DNA of 64,000 nt from Alphaproteobacteria bacterium (GTDB taxonomy: Bacteria; Pseudomonadota; Alphaproteobacteria; UBA828), in contig CAXXMU010000002.1 in NCBI GenBank assembly GCA_963667785.2, positions 736,001 to 800,000 of the forward strand. Reading direction: 5' to 3'. The notes beneath the pieces are model-generated. The model did not search any database, had not been told where the DNA came from, and saw only the letters and a program-made list of their open reading frames with translations. The position numbers and the translations under genes are program-made. Below, piece after piece: positions 49,198-58,316 of the stretch. The number at the start of each line of letters is the position of its first letter. Within the stretch, counting starts at the first letter, position 1.

Positions 49198-50019
49198 CTA
49201 GCGGATGCGCTTCAGGGCGGTCTTGGTGAAGTCGCCCACGTCGAGGTCGGTGCCGAACTCGTAGTCCAGCCAGTGCAGCTCGGTGCTCTTTCCCGTGAGA
49301 TGGTTCGTCATCGTGATCTTGCTGGCCCGCCAAAAGCGATCGAGATACTTCTGGTAGCCCTCCACGGCCATCGTCTTGAGGTGCGCGTCCCTGCGATCGT
49401 GGAACTGGATCTGCTGGACGCGAAGCTCCTCCTGGTCGAACCAGACGATCTGACGGGAGTAGCCCGACTTCCGGTCGAGCGGGACACGCTCCACCACGAC
49501 GCATTCGAGCTCGCCGCAGGGCTCGTCGCGCAGGTACGTGTACGCGTACTTCTCGATCTCGGAGGCGCCCAGGTCCTCGTAAGCGAACTCGCTGCCCATG
49601 AAGGAGCCGGACTGGTTCGAGGAACTGATGCGCTTGACCCGTTTCAGGGCGGGAAGATAGAGCCACTGCTCGTCCGGCTCGTCCTTGTGGGCATGGACGA
49701 GAAACGCCGTTCCCTTGACGTCGCGCGGCCGGTCGAACACGAACATGGTGCGATCGCCGTCCCCCTCGACCTCGATGACCTGCAGGCGAAGCTCGCGCCG
49801 GCTTTCCTGCCCGCGCTTGTTGCGCAGGACCATGTTGAGACTCGCGGTGAAATTGCCGAAACCCTTCTCGCGCTCGCGGGCGTCGGTCGCGATCCTGAGC
49901 CCGGCTTCCTCGGCGCTTTCGGCCGCCCGAGAGACCGGCGGCTCGACCGCCCAGGCCAGGACGGCGACGAAGAGCCCGAAGAGCGCAAGCAACAGGTAGG
50001 GGGAAGAGACGCGGATCAC
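49198..50019 (-). CDS. Outer-membrane lipoprotein-sorting (LolA-like) periplasmic protein
   Basis: Signal peptide; FDRPRDVKGTAFL, QWLYLPALKRVKRI, FMGSEFAYED, SGYSR. Confidence 0.87.
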   Translation of the reverse strand: MIRVSSPYLLLALFGLFVAVLAWAVEPPVSRAAESAEEAGLRIATDAREREKGFGNFTASLNMVLRNKRGQESRRELRLQVIEVEGDGDRTMFVFDRPRDVKGTAFLVHAHKDEPDEQWLYLPALKRVKRISSSNQSGSFMGSEFAYEDLGASEIEKYAYTYLRDEPCGELECVVVERVPLDRKSGYSRQIVWFDQEELRVQQIQFHDRRDAHLKTMAVEGYQKYLDRFWRASKITMTNHLTGKSTELHWLDYEFGTDLDVGDFTKTALKRIR

Positions 50020-50185
50020 CGTTTCCTCCTGTCGGTGGCCATCAGCGGAGCGGAAAAGGCGGAAAACCGGCGGCGGTATCCGGGCAGCGACTGGGCCGTG
50101 TCATCTCGTTCACCTTCGCCGGAACCTGCGGGCTCATGGTAGCACGATTCCCGCCCGGCGCATGGAGGGCCGGCGCCGGCCCGGA

Positions 50186-51451
50186 TCAGAAGTTGTAGTC
50201 CAGGTTCACCCCGATGTAGCTGTCCCGCCGCGCGACATAGGCGGCGTCTTCCTCGTCGATCCCCACATAGGCGGCGGCTTCCACGTGCAGGGACAGGCTG
50301 TCCGACAGGCGGCGCTTGAACTCGGCGCCAAGAACGCGGCTGCTGTTCTCGAGGGAGTTCAGCACGCTGCCGACGAACTCGGTGCTCTGCTCGTCGTTCA
50401 GCCCGAGACGCGCGACGAGGAGCAGGTCGTTCTCGAACGCGTTGGTCGCCCAGCGGCCTCTCCCGTCGTGGGTCCATTCGGCGATCAGGGTCAGTTCGGC
50501 GTCGAGTTCCCACGGGGAATAGATCGCGTACTCGCCGCCGAGCACGAAGGCCGCGTAGTCCTCTTCCTCGTAGTTGAGGGTCCGATCGAGTCGGGCGTTC
50601 TGCGCGCCGGCGCGGTGAATGGCTTCCAGCTTGAGAAGCCAGGGGCCGGTGGTGAGCTGGGTATCCAGGCCGAACTGCTGGATCTGCTCGTAGTACGGCG
50701 CCAGAACGAGCTCGCGGCCGACCAGCATCGGCAGCAGGGTGGGCTCGCGGCTGGTGCCGTCGAACGCGCTGAGCCCGACATCGAGCGGGCCGACGCTGCC
50801 GGTGTAACGGCCGGCGAGATCGACGTGCCACTCTTCATGCACTGATTCGTACGCGGTCAGAGAGTGGTCTACGACCAGCGCGGGACGCAGGCGGCCGTGG
50901 CGGCCCGGGTAGGTGCGCTTGCGGTGCCCGGTCAGCGCGAACAGCTCCAGCGCCCCCCAGTCTCCCGACAGGGTGACGTGGGCCATCGGCTGGCCCAGCT
51001 TGGTCTTCTCGTCCGGGTGCTCCACCAGGTCGGTCTGGTTGACGATATCGACCAGGGAACGCGATTCGACGACGCCCCAGAACACGCGATCGACGCCGAG
51101 CCGCAGCTCCCATTCGCCCTCGCCGATATCGCCGTAGAGGAGGAGGAAGGCCTCGCGGAGGTCGGCGTGGGTGCGCTCCGGATCCCCGGCGTCGAAGCGG
51201 TAGAAGGGCGTGACCGTGATGCTCCGGCCTTCGTCGTCCTCCATGTAGGCGGTGATCTCCGCGGCGAAGCCGCTCGAATGGGAGCGCTGGTCGGCGAACG
51301 CGGGAGTCTCGGGGTAGAGCCGGGTCTCCGGCGAATAGCGCCCGGAAAGCTCGAAGTAATCGATGAACCCGTCGTCGGCGTGTGCGCCGGTCGCGAGCAG
51401 CGGGACCAGCATGCCGAGCGCCGGGAGGAGGACGGGGAGGCGCGCGATCAT
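50186..51451 (-). CDS. Predicted outer-membrane beta-barrel protein
   Basis: Signal peptide; DLREA, G.DRVFWG, DIVNQTD, KLGQPM; C-terminal beta-signal YIGVNLDYNF; lies between the RND and LolA-like genes. Confidence 0.75.
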   Translation of the reverse strand: MIARLPVLLPALGMLVPLLATGAHADDGFIDYFELSGRYSPETRLYPETPAFADQRSHSSGFAAEITAYMEDDEGRSITVTPFYRFDAGDPERTHADLREAFLLLYGDIGEGEWELRLGVDRVFWGVVESRSLVDIVNQTDLVEHPDEKTKLGQPMAHVTLSGDWGALELFALTGHRKRTYPGRHGRLRPALVVDHSLTAYESVHEEWHVDLAGRYTGSVGPLDVGLSAFDGTSREPTLLPMLVGRELVLAPYYEQIQQFGLDTQLTTGPWLLKLEAIHRAGAQNARLDRTLNYEEEDYAAFVLGGEYAIYSPWELDAELTLIAEWTHDGRGRWATNAFENDLLLVARLGLNDEQSTEFVGSVLNSLENSSRVLGAEFKRRLSDSLSLHVEAAAYVGIDEEDAAYVARRDSYIGVNLDYNF

Positions 51452-51506
51452 CCCGCCCTCCTCACCTCCGGCACGGATGGAGAACCGGGGCACGCGCCCG
51501 CGTTGT

Positions 51507-53867
51507 TCAACTGCTCCCCTCGCTCGCCACCTTGGTCGCTCCGCCCGTCCCCTTTCTTCTATCGAGAATCATGAGCAACGGCGGGAGGAACAGGAAGTCC
51601 GCCAGGAGAGCGATGATGACCGTCGTTCCCGCCAGCAGACCGAGCGCCTGGTTGTTCGCCATCCCCGATGCGCCGAACACCATGAAACCCAGCGCGAACA
51701 CGACGGTCGTCGCCAGCAGCGCCTTGCCGACCGTGCCGAAGGCGGACTGGACGGACTCCTCCGGCGACTGCCCGCTCTTCCGGCCTCTCAGATACTTGGT
51801 CATGAAGTGAATCGTGTCGTCCACGATGATGCCGAACGCGATGGCGGTGACGACCGACGCCGAGACTCCGACCTGTCCCACCGCATACCCCCACAGCCCC
51901 ATCGCCATGGCGGCCGGAACGAAATTGGGTATCAGGCTGATCAGGCCGAAGCGCACGCTCCTGAAGATGAAGATCAGCAGCAACGAGACGATACCCATCG
52001 CCGTGATGGTGCCAATCAACATCTTCTCGATGTTTCTGTTGATCGAGTGCGCCCCGACGATCGTCATCCCGGCGGCGCCGGTTTCCAGACCGGGAGCATT
52101 CTGGCGCAGCCAGTCGCGCGCGCGCTCGTCGAGCTCCAGCTTCTGGTTGACGGAGAGCGCCTTCAGGACGACCGTCAGGCGGGTCGCCGACCGTTCGACG
52201 TCGATCAGGTTGTTGAGGTCCAGGCCCACCGGCAGAGAGAATTCGTAAAGCAGCAGGTATTGGGCGGCGAGCTCGGTGTCGTCCGGAATGCGGTAGAACT
52301 CCGGATCGTCGCCATTCAGATTCTTGTTCAGGCGCTTCACGATGTCGGTGACGCCGAAGACATGAGCGACTTCGGGCTGCGCCCGGTACCACTCCGCGAA
52401 CGCGTCGACCTGCTTCAGATAGCCGACATCCGTGATGCCGCCCTCTTGCCCGGACTCGAGCGAGTACTCGAACGGCTCCAGGCCGGAGAAATTGTCGCTC
52501 ACGAAATCCGTGGCTCGCCGGAACTCGTAGCTTTCGCTGAGAAGCTCGAGGTGATTGTCGTCGAGTTCGATGCGCGAGATGCCGGCAACCAGCGCCACGA
52601 CGAGGACGCCGAAGGCAGCCAGCATGACAATGCGGCGGGACACGACGAAGCGCCCGAAACGCTCGAAGAAGCGGTCGAAATAATCGGTCTTCCCGGCCTT
52701 GGCGGGCCGGACGCGCAGGGGCATGAGAGACAGGAAAGCCGGCAGGAGCGTCACCGAAAAGACGAAGGCGGACAGCGAGCCGAAGGCGACGATATTGCCC
52801 ATGACCCGAAACGGCGGCATCTCGGAGAAGTTCAGGCTGAGGAATCCGATTGCCGTCGTGATCGACGTCAGGAATACGGGCCACACGTTGAGCTTCAGAG
52901 AGTGGATCGCCGCCTGTCTGCGGTCCATTCCCTGGCGCAGGCCCGCCAGCATTCCCTCTATGATGTGCACGCAATGTGCGACCGTGATCGCCATCAGGAC
53001 GAACAGCGCCGCCCCGCTCTCGCCGTAGAACTTCATGCCGGCCCAGCCGCCGAAGCCCAACGCGGATATGACGATCGCAATGATCATCAGGATGATCGCG
53101 ACGATTCCCCAGACCGTGCGCAGCATGAGCAGGGCGACGAGCAGCATGACCCCGAGCGCGATGGGGCCGAGCAGGCCCATGTCCTCGTTGAGCGCGTCGC
53201 GAACCGCGCGATTGAGCAGGACTTCGCCGGTCAGGTAATACCCGTGGGTCGGATGCTTCGTTCGCGCCTCGGCGGTGGCGGCGTTGAGGTAGTCGACGAC
53301 GTCCAGCTTGGCCTGCTCCCGCTCCTCGTCGGGGATCGCCGCGCTGACGATCAGCCCGGCAACGCGACCGTCCCGGGAAATCAGACGCCCGGCAATTTCC
53401 TCGGTACCGAGCGCGATACTCTCGATCCGCTCTATGTCGTCGTCAGTCAGCGCAGCGGCGTCGTCGATAAGCGGATCGACGATCAGCTCGTCCTCGAGGC
53501 CTTCGCTATGCGAGTAATTCGTCAGTGAATCGACGCGGATGACGTAAGGCGTGCGCCACAGCGCCTCGGTCAACTCTTCTATGGCAGCAAGCGATTCCTG
53601 CGTGAAGACGGTACCGCTCTTCGGCGCTACGGCAACCAGCATGGTGTCGGAGATGGCGTAGGTGCCTTCCAGTTGCTCGAGCGCGACAAGATTCGGGTCG
53701 TCTTTACTGAAATGATTGCGAGAATCGACGTCGACGTTGACGAGGTTCTGGGCACCTGCGGCGAGCAACAGCACGACGATCACGGAGAGCAAAATGGTCA
53801 GCCACCGGCGACGCATAATGTGCGCTATGGAGGAGTCCAAATCGATGCCGGAGGGGAGGTACTTCAT
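51507..53867 (-). CDS. MMPL/RND superfamily lipid transporter
   Basis: Two repeats of periplasmic loop plus TM bundle; LTSITTAIGFLSL, PNFVP, GIIVDDTIHF, ALLATT, FLPPLL. Confidence 0.9.
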   Translation of the reverse strand: MKYLPSGIDLDSSIAHIMRRRWLTILLSVIVVLLLAAGAQNLVNVDVDSRNHFSKDDPNLVALEQLEGTYAISDTMLVAVAPKSGTVFTQESLAAIEELTEALWRTPYVIRVDSLTNYSHSEGLEDELIVDPLIDDAAALTDDDIERIESIALGTEEIAGRLISRDGRVAGLIVSAAIPDEEREQAKLDVVDYLNAATAEARTKHPTHGYYLTGEVLLNRAVRDALNEDMGLLGPIALGVMLLVALLMLRTVWGIVAIILMIIAIVISALGFGGWAGMKFYGESGAALFVLMAITVAHCVHIIEGMLAGLRQGMDRRQAAIHSLKLNVWPVFLTSITTAIGFLSLNFSEMPPFRVMGNIVAFGSLSAFVFSVTLLPAFLSLMPLRVRPAKAGKTDYFDRFFERFGRFVVSRRIVMLAAFGVLVVALVAGISRIELDDNHLELLSESYEFRRATDFVSDNFSGLEPFEYSLESGQEGGITDVGYLKQVDAFAEWYRAQPEVAHVFGVTDIVKRLNKNLNGDDPEFYRIPDDTELAAQYLLLYEFSLPVGLDLNNLIDVERSATRLTVVLKALSVNQKLELDERARDWLRQNAPGLETGAAGMTIVGAHSINRNIEKMLIGTITAMGIVSLLLIFIFRSVRFGLISLIPNFVPAAMAMGLWGYAVGQVGVSASVVTAIAFGIIVDDTIHFMTKYLRGRKSGQSPEESVQSAFGTVGKALLATTVVFALGFMVFGASGMANNQALGLLAGTTVIIALLADFLFLPPLLMILDRRKGTGGATKVASEGSS

Positions 53868-54194
53868 GAATGGTGCGTCGTCAGATGTCAGTCGGGGAGT
53901 GGCTCTGACACGGTTCCCGCTCGCCGCTCAATGCAGCCGGAAGCCGTGTGGCGACGTCCAGAATCGGGAGCATTTCCATGGCAGTATCACAGCCTCCCGA
54001 TCCCTTGTCCATCGCTCTCTCGGGCGAACCCGCCCGCCTTGCGGCGGCTGCGCGGGCGCGCGACCGCGATCCACGCACGCTCGCCGCGGTTGGCGACGTG
54101 TTGCGCGCTCACTACATAATCCGGTATGGCGTGGACGGGGTTCGATGCCCCGCGACCATATGCCGCCCTGCACTCCGGGCCGACGGTCCTTGCC

Positions 54195-55280
54195 ATGCAG
54201 ATGCATCTTCATCGACAGAGTGTCCCGCAAGACGTGGAAGAGAATCTGATCGCGGGCGGTGACGATCCCTCCCTCTTCCCGTTTCCCGAAGGGTGGTACT
54301 TCGTTGCCGACCGCCGCTCGTTAGCGAAGGGCGAACTGATCGAAAAGCAGTGGATGGGGCAGGACATCGTCGTCTGGTGCAACGACGAGGGAGCCGTCTG
54401 CGTCGCCCGGTCGCTCTGCCCTCACCTGGGATCCTCCCTGGGCCCCGCCGCCGGCGGGCGCGTGCGCGACGGCCGACTGGTCTGTCCCTTTCACGGCTTC
54501 ACCTACGACGCGACCGGCGCCTGCGTCGCGACTCCCTATGCGCCGCCCCCCAAGGGCACGAGACTGAGCGTCTTCCCCACGCGGGAGATTCTCGGCCTCG
54601 TCTTCGCCTGGTGGGGCATCGACGGACGCCCGCCGCAATGGGACCTGCCCGAAGAGCCGGCGGCAGGAGACGAGTGGAGCGACCTTGAAATCGAGACCCT
54701 CCGGTTTCCTGGCCACCCTCAGGAGACGACGGAGAACTCGGTGGACCTGGCCCACCTGCGCTACGTGCACGGCTACGACAACGTGAAACCCGTCGGATCG
54801 GCGACGGTGGAGGGCGCACGTCTCGTGAGCTGCTTCGACTTCAGGCGTCGCACGCGCATCGCCGGAGTCATCGACCTCGTCTTCGACGTGTCGGCCGCCA
54901 CCTACGTCCACGGGCTGGGCTACTCGTTCGTCGACATCCGTGAGCACACCGTCGGCATGGAGACCCGCCTGTGGGTTCTGACCACGCCGGTCGACGGCAC
55001 GCTCGTCGACCTCGTTCTGGTCTCGCAGGCTCGCATGCTGCGAAAGCCCAAGCGTTTCGTCGCCGGCCTCGGATTCCTGCCGGTGAAGGTGCGCACCGGG
55101 ATCATGAACAGGTTTCTGCTTTCCATACAGAAGCAGGACGTTCTCCAGGACGTCGTGATCTGGGGGAAGAAGAGCTACCGGCCCCATCCAAGCCTCTGCG
55201 GCTCCGACGGTCCCATCGGCAGGTACCGGCGCTACTGCAGGCAGTTCTATCCGCGTGGCGACGATGGCGGACGCAGCTAG
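54195..55280 (+). CDS. Rieske non-heme iron oxygenase/desaturase alpha subunit (KshA/Neverland-like)
   Basis: FPEGWY, CPHLG...CPFHG (Rieske), ENSVDLAHLRYVH (Fe site), QDVVIWGKK, GPI.RYRRY..QFY; start approximate. Confidence 0.85.
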   Translation: MQMHLHRQSVPQDVEENLIAGGDDPSLFPFPEGWYFVADRRSLAKGELIEKQWMGQDIVVWCNDEGAVCVARSLCPHLGSSLGPAAGGRVRDGRLVCPFHGFTYDATGACVATPYAPPPKGTRLSVFPTREILGLVFAWWGIDGRPPQWDLPEEPAAGDEWSDLEIETLRFPGHPQETTENSVDLAHLRYVHGYDNVKPVGSATVEGARLVSCFDFRRRTRIAGVIDLVFDVSAATYVHGLGYSFVDIREHTVGMETRLWVLTTPVDGTLVDLVLVSQARMLRKPKRFVAGLGFLPVKVRTGIMNRFLLSIQKQDVLQDVVIWGKKSYRPHPSLCGSDGPIGRYRRYCRQFYPRGDDGGRS

Positions 55281-55342
55281 GGTCGAGGCCCGCGAGGCCG
55301 CGGCGCTCGATGCGTCGCCCGCGTGCCTGCGGTGAGCGCTCC

Positions 55343-56221
55343 ATGAACGTTTCGACCGGCATCCCGATCCTCCCCCGCCTCGCCCCGCTGATGGCGGACT
55401 ACGACGGCTGCATCCTCGACGTATGGGGGGTGATGCATCAGGGAGGGCCGGCCTATCCCGAGGCGCTCGATTGCCTCCGCCATCTGCGCGCGGCGGGCAA
55501 GCGGGTGGTGTTCGTCTCCAACGCGCCCAGGCTCGCGGCCCAGGTCGAGTCCGTTCTCGGCGGGAAGGGGATCGAAGCGGCGCTGTACGATGCCGTCGTC
55601 GCCTCCGGCGACGCCGCGCGTCAGGCTCTCGCCGACCGCACACGCCCTCCGTTCGACGGACTCGGGCGCCGCTACCGTCTGCTCGGGCCGCCCGGCTCCG
55701 ACGACGTGCTCGACGGTCTCGGCTACGCTGCCGCCGACATCGACGGGGCGGACTTCCTGCTCGGCATCGGTCTCGACGATGGGCGCGAGACGGTCGAGGA
55801 TCACGAGCCGATCCTGCAGGCGGCCGTTGCCCGCGATCTCCCCATGATCTGCGTCAATCCCGACCTGCTGGTGATCCGGCTGGGCGTTCAGGAGCCCTGC
55901 GCCGGCGCGCTCGCCGCCCGCTACGAGGCGCTCGGCGGCAGCGTGCGCTATTTCGGCAAGCCTCATCCCGAAGTCTACGACCTGGCGCTGGCGGCGCTCG
56001 GTCTCGCGCCCCGGCGCGTGCTCGCCGTCGGCGACGGGCTCGCCACCGATATCGCCGGCGCCGCCGCTGCGGGCCTCGCTTCGCTCCTGGTCACCGGCGG
56101 CCTGCTCGCCGACTCGCTCGGCCTCGCCCCCGGCGAGCCGCCGGGCGCCCAGGCCCTGGAGGATGCCTGCCGGGCTGCCGGCGTCAGGCCTAGCGCCGCC
56201 CTCGCGGCTTTCGTCTGGTAA
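55343..56221 (+). CDS. HAD-superfamily hydrolase, subfamily IIA (TIGR01459-like)
   Basis: LDVWGVMH, VSNAPR, CVNPD, CAGALA, GKPH, VGD..TDI.GA. Confidence 0.88.
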   Translation: MNVSTGIPILPRLAPLMADYDGCILDVWGVMHQGGPAYPEALDCLRHLRAAGKRVVFVSNAPRLAAQVESVLGGKGIEAALYDAVVASGDAARQALADRTRPPFDGLGRRYRLLGPPGSDDVLDGLGYAAADIDGADFLLGIGLDDGRETVEDHEPILQAAVARDLPMICVNPDLLVIRLGVQEPCAGALAARYEALGGSVRYFGKPHPEVYDLALAALGLAPRRVLAVGDGLATDIAGAAAAGLASLLVTGGLLADSLGLAPGEPPGAQALEDACRAAGVRPSAALAAFVW

Positions 56222-56280
56222 TGGCACCCTCAAGATAAAGTTATTGGCGCGTGTGCGGCGCGCCCCCAATAGTCCTTCAT

Positions 56281-57516
56281 ATGAGCACGGCCACGACAGC
56301 GGCAGCCAGCCTTCCGCGCGCGCGCCCGCAAGCTGCGGTCGCAGTTGGCGCCGGCGTGCTGGTCCTCGCCTGCACGCTCGCGCTCGGCATCGCGGTGGAC
56401 GGCAGGCTCGCCGCGCTGCTCGTCGTCGGCGGGCTCGCGGGGCTCGCCCTGCACCACGCGCTGTTCGGCTTTGCGTCCTCGACCCGGCGGTTTCTGGTCG
56501 AGCGGCGCGGCGTCGGAATCCGCGCGCAGCTCCTGATGCTGGCCGCGGCCAGCATCGCCTTCGCCCCGCTGCTGGCGGGCGGCAGCGCCTTCGGCCAGGG
56601 GCTCTCGGGCGCGCTCGCGCCGGTGGGAGTCTCGGTTGCCATCGGCGCCTTCCTCTTCGGCGTCGGCATGCAGCTCGGCGGCGGCTGCGCCTCCGGGACG
56701 CTCACGGGCGCAGGTGCGGGCAGCCTCCGCATGGCGATCACGCTGGGTGCCTTCATCGCCGGCTCCGTGCTGGCCACGGCGCACATGCCCTGGTGGCTCG
56801 ACCAACCCGCGCTTGCCGCCCTCTCGATCCCGCAGACCCTGGGCTGGCCGGCCGGCCTCGCGGTCCAGCTCGCCGCCATCGGCCTGCTGGCGCTCGGCGC
56901 CATCACCCTGGAGCGCCGCCGCCACGGCGGCCACGAGCCGCTCGTGTGGGGTGCCGGCACGGACTGGCGGATACACCTCCTGCACGGCGGCTGGCCGCTG
57001 GCCTGGGGCGCGCTGGCGCTCGCGCTGCTCAATCTCGCGACGCTGCTCATCGCCGGCCACCCGTGGAGCGTCACCTGGGGCTTCACACTGTGGGGCGCCG
57101 CGCTGGCCGATGCGCTCGGCTTCGCCATCGCCGACTGGGCCTTCTGGCAGTGGCCACGGCCGGCGCGCGCGCTCGAGGCCGGCGTCGCGCAGGACACGGT
57201 GTCGGTGATGAACGTGGGCCTGATCCTCGGCGCGCTGCTGGGCGCCGCGCTGGCCGGGCGCTTCGCGACCCGGCGCCGGCTCGGCGCAGGCGCGGTGGCG
57301 AGCGCCGTGATCGGCGGCCTCCTGCTCGGCTACGGCGCCAGGCTCGCCTTCGGCTGCAACATCGGCGCCCTCTTCAGCGGCATCGCATCGGGCAGCGTGC
57401 ACGGCTGGCTCTGGCTGCTGGCCGTGCTCCCCGGCGCGGCACTCGGAGCGCGGCTGCGCCCCCTCTTCGGCCTCGACAGCGGCGCGGCGCGTGTCGCCGC
57501 AGGAACCAACCCTTGA
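56281..57516 (+). CDS. YeeE/YedE family (sulfur compound transport) membrane protein
   Basis: FGFAS, FGVGMQLGGGCASG, GGLLLGYGARLAFGCNIG. Confidence 0.88.
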   Translation: MSTATTAAASLPRARPQAAVAVGAGVLVLACTLALGIAVDGRLAALLVVGGLAGLALHHALFGFASSTRRFLVERRGVGIRAQLLMLAAASIAFAPLLAGGSAFGQGLSGALAPVGVSVAIGAFLFGVGMQLGGGCASGTLTGAGAGSLRMAITLGAFIAGSVLATAHMPWWLDQPALAALSIPQTLGWPAGLAVQLAAIGLLALGAITLERRRHGGHEPLVWGAGTDWRIHLLHGGWPLAWGALALALLNLATLLIAGHPWSVTWGFTLWGAALADALGFAIADWAFWQWPRPARALEAGVAQDTVSVMNVGLILGALLGAALAGRFATRRRLGAGAVASAVIGGLLLGYGARLAFGCNIGALFSGIASGSVHGWLWLLAVLPGAALGARLRPLFGLDSGAARVAAGTNP

Positions 57517-57571
57517 GCATGACCACGGGCACGACCATGAATACGACCATGAGCACGACCATGAGCACGAC
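57515..57571. repeat. Degenerate 12-bp tandem repeat (about 5 units, consensus GAGCACGACCAT)
   Basis: gagcatgaccac gggcacgaccat gaatacgaccat gagcacgaccat gagcacgac. Confidence 0.8.
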
Positions 57572-58316
57572 TCCCTCTCCCTCCCGCCTGCAGCGCCTGC
57601 GCAAGGCGCTGCCGCGCCTCCTGCTGCTCGCCGCGGTCGTGGCGGGCATCGTCGTCGCGGTGCTGAACAGCGCGAGCCTCGATTCGGCGGCGCTCGAGGC
57701 CTGGATCACCCAGTTCGGCCCGTGGGCGCCGATCGTCTTCTTCTTCGCCTACGTGCTGGCCACGGTGCTCTTCCTGCCGGGCCTGCTCTTCACGCTTGCG
57801 GCTGGCGCGCTCTTCGGCCCCTACGTCGGCACGCTCATCGCACTGATCGGGGCGACGGTGGGCGCGACCATCGCCTTCGTCATCGCCCGCTACGTGCTGG
57901 CCGACTGGATCGCCGCGCGCACGCCGGCCAGGGTGCAGCGGGTGATCGAGGGCGTCGAGGCCGAGGGCTGGCGCTTCGTCGCCATGACCCGGCTGATCCC
58001 CTTCATCCCCTTCAACGCGCTGAACTACGCGCTGGGGCTGACGCGCATCCGGCTCGTGTCCTACGCCCTCGCCTCGGTGGTCTTCATGGCGCCGGGCGCC
58101 GCGGCCTACGCCTATCTCGGTCATGCCGGGCGCTCGCTCGCGACCGGCGAGGGCGACATGGTTCAGAACGCCCTTCTCGGCCTCGCCGTGCTCGGCCTGA
58201 TCGGCTTCCTGCCGCGCCTCATCAAGCGCTTCGTGAAGGGACGGGCGACGACGCAGCAGCAGGCGGAGCCACCCGCGCCGGATGGAGCAGGCGAAGCGCC
58301 GCCACGCTCGCCGTGA
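57519..58316 (+). CDS. TVP38/TMEM64 (DedA/VTT) family membrane protein
   Basis: LPG...AAGALFG, GAT.AF..ARY, RLIPFIPFNALNYALGLT; start uncertain because the repeat holds several ATGs. Confidence 0.87.
   Translation: MTTGTTMNTTMSTTMSTTPSPSRLQRLRKALPRLLLLAAVVAGIVVAVLNSASLDSAALEAWITQFGPWAPIVFFFAYVLATVLFLPGLLFTLAAGALFGPYVGTLIALIGATVGATIAFVIARYVLADWIAARTPARVQRVIEGVEAEGWRFVAMTRLIPFIPFNALNYALGLTRIRLVSYALASVVFMAPGAAAYAYLGHAGRSLATGEGDMVQNALLGLAVLGLIGFLPRLIKRFVKGRATTQQQAEPPAPDGAGEAPPRSP

Noticed and set aside
45190-55340. Integrative element or prophage boundaries around the lipid locus
   Set aside because: No integrase, transposase, tRNA or flanking direct repeat found by eye.
57515-57571. Possible CRISPR array or programmed +1 frameshift
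   Set aside because: No spacers or cas genes. CCT-TGA gives poor re-pairing, and the shifted frame continues into shadow-like sequence.
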